Below, one piece after another: positions 1-11,406 of a stretch of 64,000 nucleotides of DNA; within the stretch, counting starts at the first letter, position 1; each line of letters starts with the position of its first letter. The position numbers and the translations under genes are program-made. The notes under the pieces were generated by a model, which did not search any database, was not told the DNA's origin, and saw nothing but the letters and a program-made list of their open reading frames with translations. The stretch is from an uncultured Gemmatimonadales bacterium (GTDB taxonomy: Bacteria; Gemmatimonadota; Gemmatimonadetes; Gemmatimonadales; GWC2-71-9): positions 1 to 64,000 of the forward strand of contig CAWGED010000007.1 in the NCBI GenBank assembly GCA_963821525.1, read 5' to 3'.

Positions 1-901
1 CTACAATGTCGGAATGTTCGGACACGTCAACTGGAATTACGGAGGGGAGCGCCAGTTCACCCGCTTCGCGGTCAGCAGCAGTCAGACCTGGAAGCGATTC
101 CAGCAGACCTTTATCGGCGCCTACCTGCTGCCCCGCTTCTCCAGCGACGTGCTTACCCGGGGTGGCCCGCTCATGGGCTCGCCCACGGCGTGGGGCACCG
201 ATCTCGAGTTCTTCAGCGGCGAGGCCGGGGATTTCCAGTGGCGGGTGAACGGGAACCTGCAGGGCGACGAATTTGACGGGAAGCATCTGCAGATCGGCGG
301 CGGTGTCTCGCTGCGTCCTGCGCCTCAGTGGTTCCTGTCGCTCGACCCGCGATACGAACGCACCAGGGATGAGCGGCAATATCTCGACACCCAACCGGGT
401 GGTTCCTCGACCACCTACGGCCAGCGCTACATCTTCGCCGCGCTGGATCAGACGACAATCTCGGCCCAGCTGCGCCTCAACTACATCATCACGCCCAACC
501 TGAGCATCGAAGGATACCTGGAGCCGTTCGCATCGAGTGGCGCCTACACCAGACTCGGCGAACTGCCGGAACCACAGAGCACGACGCTCCGGCGCTATGG
601 CACCGACGGGACCACGATCGAACGATTCGCTCCCGATTCGATCGTGATCACCGACAACGGCGGGGCCGACTCGTTGACCCTGAGCGACCCGGACTTCAAT
701 GTGCTCAGCTTCCGGAGCAATCTGGTGTTGCGCTGGGAGTGGCGACCGGGGAGCACTCTGTTTCTGGTCTGGCAGCAGAGCCGGGGTTCGGAGGTGACAT
801 CAAGCCACCGGGTCACCCTCGACGACATGTGGGATTCCTTTGGCACGGAGGGGGACAACTTCTTCGCCCTCAAGATTACCTACTGGCTGGGGATAGGCTG
901 A
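1..901 (+). CDS. C-terminal part of an outer-membrane beta-barrel-like protein (DUF5916-like), 5'-truncated by window edge
   Basis: ORF 14..901; C-terminus 'FRSNLVLRWEWRPGSTLFLVWQQ...NFFALKITYW' resembles DUF5916 proteins. Confidence 0.7.
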   Translation, partial: YNVGMFGHVNWNYGGERQFTRFAVSSSQTWKRFQQTFIGAYLLPRFSSDVLTRGGPLMGSPTAWGTDLEFFSGEAGDFQWRVNGNLQGDEFDGKHLQIGGGVSLRPAPQWFLSLDPRYERTRDERQYLDTQPGGSSTTYGQRYIFAALDQTTISAQLRLNYIITPNLSIEGYLEPFASSGAYTRLGELPEPQSTTLRRYGTDGTTIERFAPDSIVITDNGGADSLTLSDPDFNVLSFRSNLVLRWEWRPGSTLFLVWQQSRGSEVTSSHRVTLDDMWDSFGTEGDNFFALKITYWLGIG

Positions 902-977
902 ACCTGCCGTACTCTTCACGACCATCCCCCACCCGTACCACGACTCTTTCAGGCCCACCGATCGGCTCACATATTCA

Positions 978-1841
978 ATCACCAAACCGGGTGAAGGGAC
1001 GGGGAGCCCAATTCCGCGCGACATCCTGGCACTGGTCCGTAAGGCCCTCGAGGGCACCTACGAGGTCGATCGAGAGATCGGCCGCGGCGGCGCGGCGCGC
1101 GTCTTCTACGCGACCGATCCCTCGGGAAAGCCGGTCGCCCTGAAGGTCCTGCACCCCGAGCTTCTGGTCAGCGTCGCGGCGGACCGGTTTCTCCGGGAGA
1201 TCGCGCTGGTGCGTCAGCTCGACCACCCGCACATCGGCAGATTGCTTGATTCGGGTGACCGGGACTGGCTGGTGTATTACGTCATGCCGTACATCGAGGG
1301 GCCAACACTGAAGCAATTGCTGGCCCGGGACCGTCTGCTGGATCCTCAGGCCACCCGTCGGCTCGCCCGCGACCTGTTAGGCGCACTCGGCCATGCGCAC
1401 AAGGCGGGCATCGTCCACCGCGACGTGAAGCCGGATAACATCGTGCTTGGTCCTGACGGGGCAGTTCTGGTGGATTTCGGCATCGCCCGGGCAGTGCCGC
1501 TCTCGGGTTCCGATCGGGTCACCCGCTCGGGGATCGCGGTGGGAACTTCGGCCTACATGAGTCCCGAACAGATCGGGGCGGTGGACGACATCGATCACCG
1601 CACCGATCTCTATGCCATGGGCTGCCTGCTCTTCGAGTGCCTGGTCTCACGCCCGCCTTACGTACACAAGAACGAGAATGTCGTTCTCCAAATGCACCGG
1701 CTGGACCCGGTTCCCGATCTGAAGACCTTTCGGGAAGATGCGCCGGAGGACCTGGTGCGGATGATCACTCGGGCACTTGCCAAGAACCGAGAGGATCGGT
1801 GGAGTGGAGCGGGAGAGATGGTGCGGGTGATGGTGGAGTAG
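978..1841 (+). CDS. Ser/Thr protein kinase (Hanks type); start codon not identified
   Basis: Frame is open upstream of ORF 1209 and gives IGRGGAARV and VALKVL; also HRDVKPDN, DFG, GTSAYMSPEQ. Confidence 0.9.
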   Translation: MTKPGEGTGSPIPRDILALVRKALEGTYEVDREIGRGGAARVFYATDPSGKPVALKVLHPELLVSVAADRFLREIALVRQLDHPHIGRLLDSGDRDWLVYYVMPYIEGPTLKQLLARDRLLDPQATRRLARDLLGALGHAHKAGIVHRDVKPDNIVLGPDGAVLVDFGIARAVPLSGSDRVTRSGIAVGTSAYMSPEQIGAVDDIDHRTDLYAMGCLLFECLVSRPPYVHKNENVVLQMHRLDPVPDLKTFREDAPEDLVRMITRALAKNREDRWSGAGEMVRVMVE

Positions 1842-1902
1842 CTGTTAGCCGTCAGCCGTAGCCGTCAGCCGTCAGCCGTAGGTCGTAAGCCATAGGCTAT
1901 TG
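1841..1902. repeat. Degenerate heptamer array (GCCGTCA/GCTGTTA family)
   Basis: gctgtta gccgtca gccgta gccgtca gccgtca gccgtag gtcgtaa gccatag, starting at the kinase stop. Confidence 0.9.
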
Positions 1903-1932
1903 ATTGTTGGCCAAGCATACGCGGTTTTTGGT

Positions 1933-1967
1933 ACTCCTCACTCCTCACTCCTCACTCCTCACTCCTT
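1933..1967. repeat. Heptamer array (ACTCCTC)x4 + ACTCCTT
   Basis: Read directly; overlaps the APC permease stop codon. Confidence 0.95.
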
Positions 1968-3282
1968 TCCGCTTTCTGCTCCAAAACCAGAACACCGGCA
2001 CGCCTGCCGCCAGGATCACCGAGCCGCGGAGCGCGTTCCCTGGGTTCGATGTGATCGAGCCGGCCACGACGTAGACCGCCGCTGCGACGAAGAGCAGAGG
2101 CGTAAGTGGATAGCCGGGTACCCGAAAGGCACCCTCCGGTGCTGGATCGCGACCAGCGTCCCGGTCACGGCGGCGATAAACGAAGAGCGCCGCGACCGCA
2201 CTTCCAAAGAAGATCCAGTCGCAGAACACGACGTAGTCCAGAAGCTGGCCGTAGGAACCGGAGAACAACAGCACGATTGCCCACAGGCCCTGAACCACTA
2301 TCGCCGTACTCGGCGTGCGGAATCGCGGATGGAGACTCGCTAACTGCGGGAAGAACAGCCCGTCGGCTGCCATCGTGCGAAACACCCGAGGCGACACCAG
2401 GATGACAGGTCAGGAACCCGAACGTCGAGGCTGCGATGCCGGCGGAAATGAAAGTGGCCCCGATGGGTCCGACGGCGATTCGCATGGCATCGGCCGCCGG
2501 AGCCGTGCTGGCAGCCAAACCTCCGGCACCGAGGGTACGTAGATATGTCAGGTTGGCGAGAACGTACACGATCACCACGATGATCACGCCCAGGACCAGA
2601 GCCCGGGGGAGGTTCTTCTCCGGTTCTACGATCTCTTCGGCGATGAAGTTGGTTTGCTGCCAGCCTCCGTAGGCAAACAGCACAGGAACCAGCGCTGCGG
2701 CGAGCGCAGGAAGAGTCAGCCAGGAACCTGAGCGGAGGGAGTCGGTGCCGCTTCCGGAGCGGCGACCAGCCCCGCGACGATCAGCCCTGCGAGCGCGGTG
2801 AGCTTGAGGATTGAGAAAAGGTTGTTGGTGACGGCACCCGGCTCCACTCCGACATAATTGACCGCTGACAACGTCACGATCGCGCCGGCGGCGATTGGCA
2901 TCACCATGTTGTTGCCGAGGCCGAGCAGGGCGGAGCAGTATGTGGCGAAGGTGACTGCGACGGCGGCCGTGGCACCGGTCGCAATGACCAGCAGAAGGCT
3001 CCAGGCATAGAGAAAAGCCGGGAGAGGTCCGAAGGCATCGCGGAGGTAGACGTAGCTGCCGCCGGCGGGGGTTTCGCTGGGCCAGCTCGCCGAAGCAAAA
3101 GGCGCCGATGAGGGCGATGGCTCCGCCAGGATCCAGACGGCAAGCGTCAACTCGGCGGTGCCCACCCGCTGGGCCACGATCGCCGAGTTCATGAAGATGC
3201 CGGAGCCGATGATGCCGCCGACCACGGCCATGGTGCCGGAGAAGAGGCCGAGGGAACGGCGGTAGCCGGTGGGAGAAGTCAC
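1945..3282 (-). CDS. APC-family amino acid permease (several frameshifts)
   Basis: Pieces in ORFs 2716..3771, 2165..3919 and 1945..2397: VGGIIGSGIF, GGSYVYL, FAYGGW, EEIVEPEKNLPRA, FRVPGYP; GTG start at 3282. Confidence 0.88.
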
Positions 3283-3293
3283 GGGGCCAAGGT

Positions 3294-3358
3294 GAAGCCG
3301 GAAGTGGGAAGTCGGAAGTGGGAGGTAGGTGGGGTGGGACATAAGAGGTAAGACTTGG
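3294..3358. repeat. Degenerate heptamer array (GAAGTGG family, drifting to AGAGGTA)
   Basis: gaagccg gaagtgg gaagtcg gaagtgg gaggtag ... ggacata agaggta agacttg. Confidence 0.8.
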
Positions 3359-3511
3359 CGCGTAGTAGGTGAGAGGACGGACCAGGTGGCGCACGGAATG
3401 GTGCGGTCCGAAACGAATAATGTTCGGTAAAAATAGCATTTGGCCGACGATTCGTTCTTGACCGGTATGATTGGTAGAATTATTTTGGGATTTGGATGGG
3501 AGTCCAAGACC

Positions 3512-3986
3512 ATGCTCGACGCTACTGATCTCCGCATTCTCGACCTGCTCCAGGGCAACGCGCGTGTCTCCAACGCGGACATCGCCCGGGAGCTGGACAT
3601 GGCCCCCTCTGCCATCCTCGACCGTATCCGGAAGCTCGAAGCGCGCAGTGTCATCACCGGGTACGAAGCCCGGCTGGATGCCCATGCCGTCGGCTTCGGG
3701 CTCACAGCCTTCATCCTTGTTAGAACCGAGGAGCGAGTCGGCTCGGCCAGCGTAGGGCAGTCCATCGCCAAGTTCCCCGAAGTACAGGAAGTGCACCACG
3801 TCGCCGGCGAGGATTGCTACCTCGTGAAGGTCCGAGTCCGGGATACCGACGCGTTGGGAGAGTTGCTCCGGCGAGCGTTTCGGCCGGCTCAAGGCGGTCC
3901 GCAACACCCGGACGACCATCGTCCTCTCGACGGTGAAGGACAGCTCCCGAATTCCGCTGAATCACACGAATGGAGCCGGCGAATGA
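3512..3986 (+). CDS. Lrp/AsnC transcriptional regulator (frameshift near 3870)
   Basis: MLDATDLRILDLLQGNARVSNADIAREL...EVQEVHHVAGEDCYLVKV; alternative frame ends at TGA 3986, overlapping the next ATG. Confidence 0.92.
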
Positions 3987-4963
3987 CCGACCACGCCTCG
4001 GCTCCACGCTGGCAAATGATTGCGGCCTTCGCCGCCATCTACCTGATCTGGGGCTCCACCTACCTCGGTATCGCCCTGGCAATCCAGAGTATGCCGCCGT
4101 TCATCATGGCCGGCTCCCGGTTTGTCCTGGCGGGTGCAGCGCTCTACATCTACGCCCGCCTCACCGGCAGCCCGCGGCCGACTGCCACTCACTGGAAATG
4201 GGCCCTCTTGCTCGGAGCGTTGTTCTTCCTGGTCGGGAACGGTGCTGTCGCCTGGGTCGAGGACAAGGGAATGCCCTCGGGGCTCGCAGCCCTCGTCGTG
4301 GCGATGGTGTCGGTGTGGACGGCACTTCTCGAATGGCTCCGCCCCGGTGGCACGAGGCCCAGCCCCGTCGTGTTGGCCGGCATCGCCCTGGGATTCGGCG
4401 GCGTTGCCCTGCTGGTTCTGCCCGGGCAGGCTTCGGGCCCGGTGAATGCCGCGGCCATCGGACTGCTCCTGTTTTCGACTCTCACCTGGGCCAGCGGCTC
4501 GGTGCTGAGCCGCGACGCGAAGCTGCCCGAGAGCGTGGCTCTCGCATCTGGCATCCAGATGCTGGCCGGGGGAGCCTGGCTGTTCCTTGCGAGCCTCGTT
4601 AACGGCGACTGGGCGCAGCTCGACCTGACTGCCATAACCGCCAAGTCATGGATCGCCTTCGGCTATCTGACCCTGTTCGGGTCGCTGGTGGCCTTCACCG
4701 CCTTTGCCTGGCTGCTGCGAATCACGACGCCTTCCAAGGTGTCCACCGCCGGCTACGTCAATCCGGTCGTGGCAGTGTTCCTTGGCTGGGCTATCGCAGG
4801 AGAAAAACTGAACGGCCGTACCCTGGTGGCCTCGATGGTCATTGTGGCCGCGGTCATTCTGATCATTACCGGCAAGGAACTCGTGGCGAGCCGAGCTCGT
4901 GCGTCGGCCAAGGCGGTGACGGCTGGGAGCGGTGTCGCGCCACGGGCCACGGCAAGCGACTGA
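3983..4963 (+). CDS. EamA/DMT family exporter (YedA-like)
   Basis: YLIWGSTYLGI, GSRFVLAG, YLTLFGSLVAF, YVNPVVAVFLGW. Confidence 0.92.
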   Translation: MTDHASAPRWQMIAAFAAIYLIWGSTYLGIALAIQSMPPFIMAGSRFVLAGAALYIYARLTGSPRPTATHWKWALLLGALFFLVGNGAVAWVEDKGMPSGLAALVVAMVSVWTALLEWLRPGGTRPSPVVLAGIALGFGGVALLVLPGQASGPVNAAAIGLLLFSTLTWASGSVLSRDAKLPESVALASGIQMLAGGAWLFLASLVNGDWAQLDLTAITAKSWIAFGYLTLFGSLVAFTAFAWLLRITTPSKVSTAGYVNPVVAVFLGWAIAGEKLNGRTLVASMVIVAAVILIITGKELVASRARASAKAVTAGSGVAPRATASD

Positions 4964-4988
4964 TCCGTCTCTGTTACGCCCCTGTGAT

Positions 4989-5016
4989 TTGACGTCCTTG
5001 AGGAGCCGTTTACCTT
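4989..5016 (+). promoter_or_regulatory. Putative sigma70 promoter
   Basis: TTGACG (4989-4994), 16 bp, TACCTT (5011-5016); predicted start falls at about the ATG at 5024. Confidence 0.5.
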
Positions 5017-5023
5017 GCGTTGC

Positions 5024-5092
5024 ATGACGATCTCACTTACCTGCTGGGCCAATTCCGATCCCAACACGCACGTGATTAATACGGGCGGGTGA
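5024..5092 (+). CDS. Putative leaderless leader peptide MTISLTCWANSDPNTHVINTGG
   Basis: 22-codon ORF between promoter and terminator; its 3' end GGGCGGGT can pair with the terminator 5' arm. Confidence 0.45.
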   Translation: MTISLTCWANSDPNTHVINTGG

Positions 5093-5113
5093 GTCTGTCG
5101 TGATCCGATATCC

Positions 5114-5148
5114 GACGGCCCGCTCCCAATGAGCGGGCCGTTTCTTTT
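5114..5148 (+). terminator. Intrinsic terminator / attenuator hairpin
   Basis: gacggcccgctc-ccaat-gagcgggccgtt followed by tctttt. Confidence 0.88.
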
Positions 5149-5157
5149 GCGGGGAGC

Positions 5158-6720
<1,563 letters not shown>

Positions 6721-6734
6721 CGGATTTGTCGCCC

Positions 6735-6774
6735 CATCGGGGAAGTCCCGACAAAATTGTCGGCTTCCCTGATG
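6735..6774. promoter_or_regulatory. Inverted repeat with core CCGACAA-aa-TTGTCGG; candidate activator binding site (UAS) or terminator
   Basis: catcggggaag..ccgacaaaattgtcgg..cttccctgatg; related GAC-N6-GTC at 6719-6730. Confidence 0.5.
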
Positions 6775-6866
6775 TCTGGCAGGCTATCGTCGGCGCTTCG
6801 GTCTGGCCTCTCAAACTCCCTAATCCATCTCTACTTGAACGCGGCGGCGATTGGGACCGTCGCCCC

Positions 6867-6882
6867 GGGCACGGGATCTGAC
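6867..6882 (+). promoter_or_regulatory. Putative sigma54 (-24/-12) promoter
   Basis: GGGCACG-ggat-CTGA versus consensus TGGCACG-N4-TTGC; lies downstream of the sigma54 activator and about 30 bp before ATG 6913. Confidence 0.45.
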
Positions 6883-6912
6883 TTACCAGTTGGCGTCATC
6901 ACTGGAGATCGT

Positions 6913-7475
6913 ATGCGTGCCCGTCTGCTTTTCCTGATCGCTTCCGCCATCGTCACTACTCCTCTGGCAGCTCAGGGAGCGCTTCTCGCCCGGGCCGATA
7001 CCCCGGTCGAGACGCTCTATCATCTGCGGCTGACAAGTGCCTGGCCCGAACTGCGCCTTTCGCCTGAGTGTGTCAACGGCGGGGAGGAGGTCCTGAGCGG
7101 CAGCCTGCACTGGGTGAGCTCCGGGCGCTACCGCGGCGAGCTTAACCGCCAGACCACCATTCGGTTTTGTGGCGCCCACGGCTCGGTTGCCGACGCCTGC
7201 TCGGCCACGCTTACCGGATCCGGTACGGTGGTGGCCGAAGGAACCGTGCTGGCCCCGTCTGACAGGAGGGATGGAAACCTGGTGGAGCTGCGCTGGTCCC
7301 CCGACTCGACCACCGTGGCCTCATTGAGCGGGGATTGCCCTCATGATTTTGGGGAGGCGTTGCGGAAGCTTACGCGACCGCCACCCATAGCGTCGAGCTT
7401 GTGCTCCCCGCCGGCGACCAGCGCCCGGAGAGGCAGCCGATTGAGGACTACGGGTGGGTCGTGGAGATCTGGTAG
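6913..7475 (+). CDS. Exported hypothetical protein (frameshift near 7370)
   Basis: GGAG RBS; signal peptide MRARLLFLIASAIVTTPLAA; alternative frame ends ...EDYGWVVEIW* at 7475. Confidence 0.65.
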
Positions 7476-7511
7476 AGGCGCTCGGATCCGCGGAATATTG
7501 ACCCTCAGAGG

Positions 7512-7603
7512 GCAATTGCTAATTTGCAATTGGCAGTCTTCTAACTTTCAATTACCAATTCTCAATTACCAATTACCAATTACCAATTTTCAATTACCAA
7601 TCT
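7512..7603. repeat. Inverted pair of heptamer arrays (GCAATTG left / CAATTAC right)
   Basis: gcaattg ctaattt gcaattg ... tcaatta ccaattc tcaatta ccaatta ccaatta ccaattt tcaatta ccaatct; AT-rich island ending 5 nt before ATG 7609. Confidence 0.92.
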
Positions 7604-7608
7604 CCCCA

Positions 7609-8613
7609 ATGCCCCTCCCCACCCGTCCCCTCGGCAACACCAACCTGTTGATCAGCACCGTCGGCTTCGGGGCCTGGGCCGTCGGCGGCGGCGGATGGGC
7701 TTTCGGCTGGGGTGAGCAGGACGACGCCGAATCGCTCAGCGCGATACGACATGCGGTCGAGCTAGGCGTGAACTGGATCGATACGGCGGCGGTGTACGGT
7801 CACGGACACTCCGAGCGCGTCGTCGGACGGCTGCTCAAGGAACTGCCTCCCGCGGACCGGCCGCTCGTCTTCACAAAATGCGGACTGGTGTGGGACGACC
7901 AGCATCCGATGACTCCCGCGCAGTCGGTGTTACGTCCAGCGTCGATTCGCAAGGAGTGCGAGGCCTCGCTCCGACGCCTCGGCGTCGAGCGTATCGATCT
8001 CTATCAATTCCACTGGCCGGACCAGGCCGGTACGCCGGTCGAGGATTCCTGGGCCGAGATGGGCCGGCTCGTGGATGAAGGAAAGGTGCGCCACGCCGGG
8101 GTGTCGAACTTCGATGTGGAACTGCTCGACCGGTGCGAGCGGATGCGCCATGTGGTTTCCCTGCAGCCTCCTTTTTCGATGATACGCCGCGAAGCGGCTG
8201 CCGATGTGATTCCGTGGGCGAAATCCCACCGGACCGGAGTGATCTGTTACAGCCCGATGCAGGCAGGGCTTCTGACCGACCGGTTCTCGGCGGAGCGCAT
8301 GGCCGCGCTCGCCACCGATGACTGGCGGAGACGAGCCGAGGAGTTCCAGCCCCCGCGACTGGAGCGGAACCTGGCGCTGCGGGACGCATTGAAACCGATT
8401 GCGGAGCGGCACGGAATCACGATCGCCGCGGCTGCCGTTGCCTGGACCATCTACTGGCCGGGCGTAACCGGAGCGATCGTCGGCGCGCGCTCGGCCGCAC
8501 AGGTGGACGGCTGGATCGCCGCCGCCACAACCAAGCTCACCGCTCAGGACCTCGATGAAATTGCCGGGGCGATCCGTCAGACCCGGGCCGGGTCCGGCCC
8601 AGTTCGCCCATAA
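7609..8613 (+). CDS. Aldo/keto reductase
   Basis: GFGAWAVGG, WIDTAAVYG, IDLYQFHWPD, GVSNF, YSPMQAGLL. Confidence 0.95.
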   Translation: MPLPTRPLGNTNLLISTVGFGAWAVGGGGWAFGWGEQDDAESLSAIRHAVELGVNWIDTAAVYGHGHSERVVGRLLKELPPADRPLVFTKCGLVWDDQHPMTPAQSVLRPASIRKECEASLRRLGVERIDLYQFHWPDQAGTPVEDSWAEMGRLVDEGKVRHAGVSNFDVELLDRCERMRHVVSLQPPFSMIRREAAADVIPWAKSHRTGVICYSPMQAGLLTDRFSAERMAALATDDWRRRAEEFQPPRLERNLALRDALKPIAERHGITIAAAAVAWTIYWPGVTGAIVGARSAAQVDGWIAAATTKLTAQDLDEIAGAIRQTRAGSGPVRP

Positions 8614-9197
8614 CGAAGCGCACTTTCGGCTACTGCGAGTAGCCGTGAGGCGTCCCGGTGGTCCGCGTATCCCGATTCGTCCCGCACCGCGACAGTCAGA
8701 CCCACCTCCTCGGCGAGATCGAGCGCGGTAATGACGGTGCGGTGGGACTCGAGAAATCGTTCCGAACCCAGCAGCCTCGCATAGTGAGTCTTACAGCTGG
8801 CGTGCCAATGCCAGCCGGAGAGGCCGGTCGGGAGCATGCGGCCGCCGCAGCGGACCTCTTCGGGATAGCGAGCCAATCCGAGCGTCAGGGGCTCGACCCG
8901 GCTCCCGATCCACGCCACAAATCCCATCAGCTCCAATGGATCGATGGAGATGAGCTGGTGAGGTGCTCCCGGGTCGTCGAGGTGGCCCCACGCACAGGTC
9001 TTGAGGAACTCCCCCGGGTTGCTCCAGGCACCGCTTCCATCGGGACCACAGTCGGGCCCCGCAAAGGACAAGACTCTGGTCAACTCGAGCACGCCGAGGC
9101 CTTCGATTCCCCTTCGAAGCTCCTCCAGCCGCTGCGTCGCGAAGGCGCGGGTGTTGAAGCCGGAGAGGCCGAGTTTGTAATAGACGGCAAGTCCCAC
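8577..9197 (-). CDS. Hypothetical protein
   Basis: 206-aa ORF with protein-like motifs (SCKTHYA, VRDESGY); convergent overlap with the AKR 3' end. Confidence 0.6.
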   Translation of the reverse strand: MGLAVYYKLGLSGFNTRAFATQRLEELRRGIEGLGVLELTRVLSFAGPDCGPDGSGAWSNPGEFLKTCAWGHLDDPGAPHQLISIDPLELMGFVAWIGSRVEPLTLGLARYPEEVRCGGRMLPTGLSGWHWHASCKTHYARLLGSERFLESHRTVITALDLAEEVGLTVAVRDESGYADHRDASRLLAVAESALRYGRTGPDPARV

Positions 9198-9354
9198 AAT
9201 TTCCTTCCGGGTCGAGTCGCTTCGCCGAGAATAGGCATCCAGCCCTGAAGTGCCCCATCGTTGCGACGCGAGACGTCGCAGGCTAACGCGCCGATCGCTG
9301 GCGCCTCGACGTGGTCAGAAACAGATTGTGCCACCTTCGCTCTCCGGGATTTTC

Positions 9355-11397
9355 ATGCGTCGCTCAGCGATCTTGTCGATCGTCCTTGGATTTTCACTGC
9401 CCATCACTTCCGTGGCGCAGGATGCCGGATCCGCAAAGTTGCGAGATCTGATCACACAGTTCGGCCAGGCGACTGCCGTCACCGGTTACGAGCAGGGATT
9501 CGCTCAGTTGTTGCGGGCGGTGCTGAAGGGATCGGTGATCGACCGGAGTGACAACGTCATTCTGACCCTGGGCAGTGGAACGCCGAAGCGCCTCCTCGCC
9601 TGTCCGATGGACGAGGCGGGCTACGTAGTCGGAGGGATTCGGGATGATGGCTACCTGACGCTCCGGCGGGTTGGCTCCGCGCCGGGGCCGCTGTTCGATC
9701 AACAGCTGGAAGGCCAGCGAGTGACGATCGTCGGGCGTCGAGGAGAGGTACCGGCTGTGGTGGCGGTGCGATCGGTTCACCTGACCAGGGGACGGAACAC
9801 CGGCTGAAAATCCCTTTACCGTGGACGACGCGCTGGTAGATGTCGGCGCGGCCAGCCGTGTGGAGGTGGAGCGGCTCGGCGTTCAGGTGCTCTCGCCGGT
9901 GACCCTGACCAAGCGCGCGCGCTGGTATGGCGACGATTTGGTATCGGCGCCGGCCATCGGCCGGCGGGCTGCCTGCGCCGCGATGCTTACCGCCGTGGCG
10001 GGCAGGAGGCCTGGCGAGGGGACGCTAGTCGTGGCGTTAGTCGCTGAACAGCGGCTGGGTGCGACTGGATTGATCGCGGCGTCTCGAACTCTTGGACCGT
10101 TCGATCAAGTGCTACTGGTGGACGGCCAGCCCGATTCACTCGGTCGCAACCTCGAGCCGCAGCCTTCCCGGCTCCCGCCTTCATCAAGCATGCGCGAGGT
10201 GATGCAACTGAGTCTCCCTTCGCGATTCGCCGATACGCCGGTCGAAACGGTATCCCTCACGGATGTGGTCCAGATCCAGCAACGAGTCGCGCAGTGGATC
10301 GGGGGGACGGAATCTCAAGACGACCTGATCAGCACACCGCTTCGAGAACAGCGCCCATCAGCCACACGACGCTCCCGGCTTCTCTTGCTCCTGCCGACAG
10401 CGTGCTTGGTACGCTGGTCGAGAGCTATGGCGCTTCTGGTGCCGAGGACTCGGTACGCGAGACGGTCAAGCGACTGTTGCCCTCCTGGGCTCGGCCCACG
10501 GTGGACACAGCAGGAAACCTCTGGCTCGACCTGGGCAAAGGCGATCCGGTGACGGTCATCGTCGCGCACATGGACGAGATCGGATTTCGCGTCTCCGCCA
10601 TCAGCGATGACGGCACGCTCGATCTCACCGCTCTCGGCGGATTCTTCCCCTCGTTGTTCGAAGCGCAGCCCGCTCTGATTCACACGGCGCGGGGGCCGGT
10701 GCCTGCGATCTTTCTCCCGAGAGAAAAAGTCGACTCGGCGCCGCGCCGTTCGCCCTCGGTGAGCCGCGCGGATCCTGGGGTGGGAAGCAGAGAGAAGGCG
10801 GAGGCTCTCGGGATCGCGGTGGGCAATACGCTCACCATGCCGAAGCAGTACGTGCGGCTCGCCGGCAACCGATCCACCGGCCGGTCATTCGACGACCGGG
10901 TCGGTTGCACCGCTCTCCTTCTAGCCGTGCGGCGACTTGATCCTGCCCGGCTCAAGCACCGGGTGATCTTCGTCTGGAGTGTGAGAGAAGAAATCGGGCT
11001 GCAAGGCGCCCAGGCGGTGGCCAATTCGCTGGGCGTTTCGACGTCGCGGGTCCACGCCATCGACACCTTCGTCTCGGCGGATAGCCCGCTCGAGCCGAAG
11101 AGCTTCGGGCTCGCCCCATTGGGCAAAGGACCGGTGGCCCGGGCTCTCGATAACAGCTCGGTGACTCCCCCGGCTTATCTGGATTCGCTGGTCACGCTGG
11201 CTCGTGGATCCGCCATCCCGCTCCAGGTAGGCACGACGAATGGCGGGAACGATGGGTCCACCTTCTCGGCGTGGGGCGTCCCCGACGTCGCCATCGGGTG
11301 GCCCCTGCGCTACTCGCACTCACCGGCCGAAGTGATCGACCTCCGCGACGTGGTCAATCTCGGTGCTCTCGTGCGTGCGCTCGCCGAGCGGTGGTAA
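9355..11397 (+). CDS. Secreted M42/M20-family metallopeptidase with tandem-duplicated domain (frameshifts near 9805 and 10300-10360)
   Basis: Signal peptide; second domain has AHMDE, FDDRVG, REEIG, HSPAEV; first domain is homologous but degenerate. Confidence 0.85.
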
Positions 11398-11406
11398 CTG
11401 CCTCCT

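Noticed and set aside
3440..4963. Lrp-EamA fusion ORF
   Set aside because: Artefact of one frameshift near 3870; the alternative frame ends Lrp at an ATGA overlap with the EamA start.
6757..8613. 618-aa ORF with NYQLPIT repeats fused to an aldo/keto reductase
   Set aside because: Read-through of a frameshifted gene and a heptamer DNA array; the peptide repeat is a by-product.
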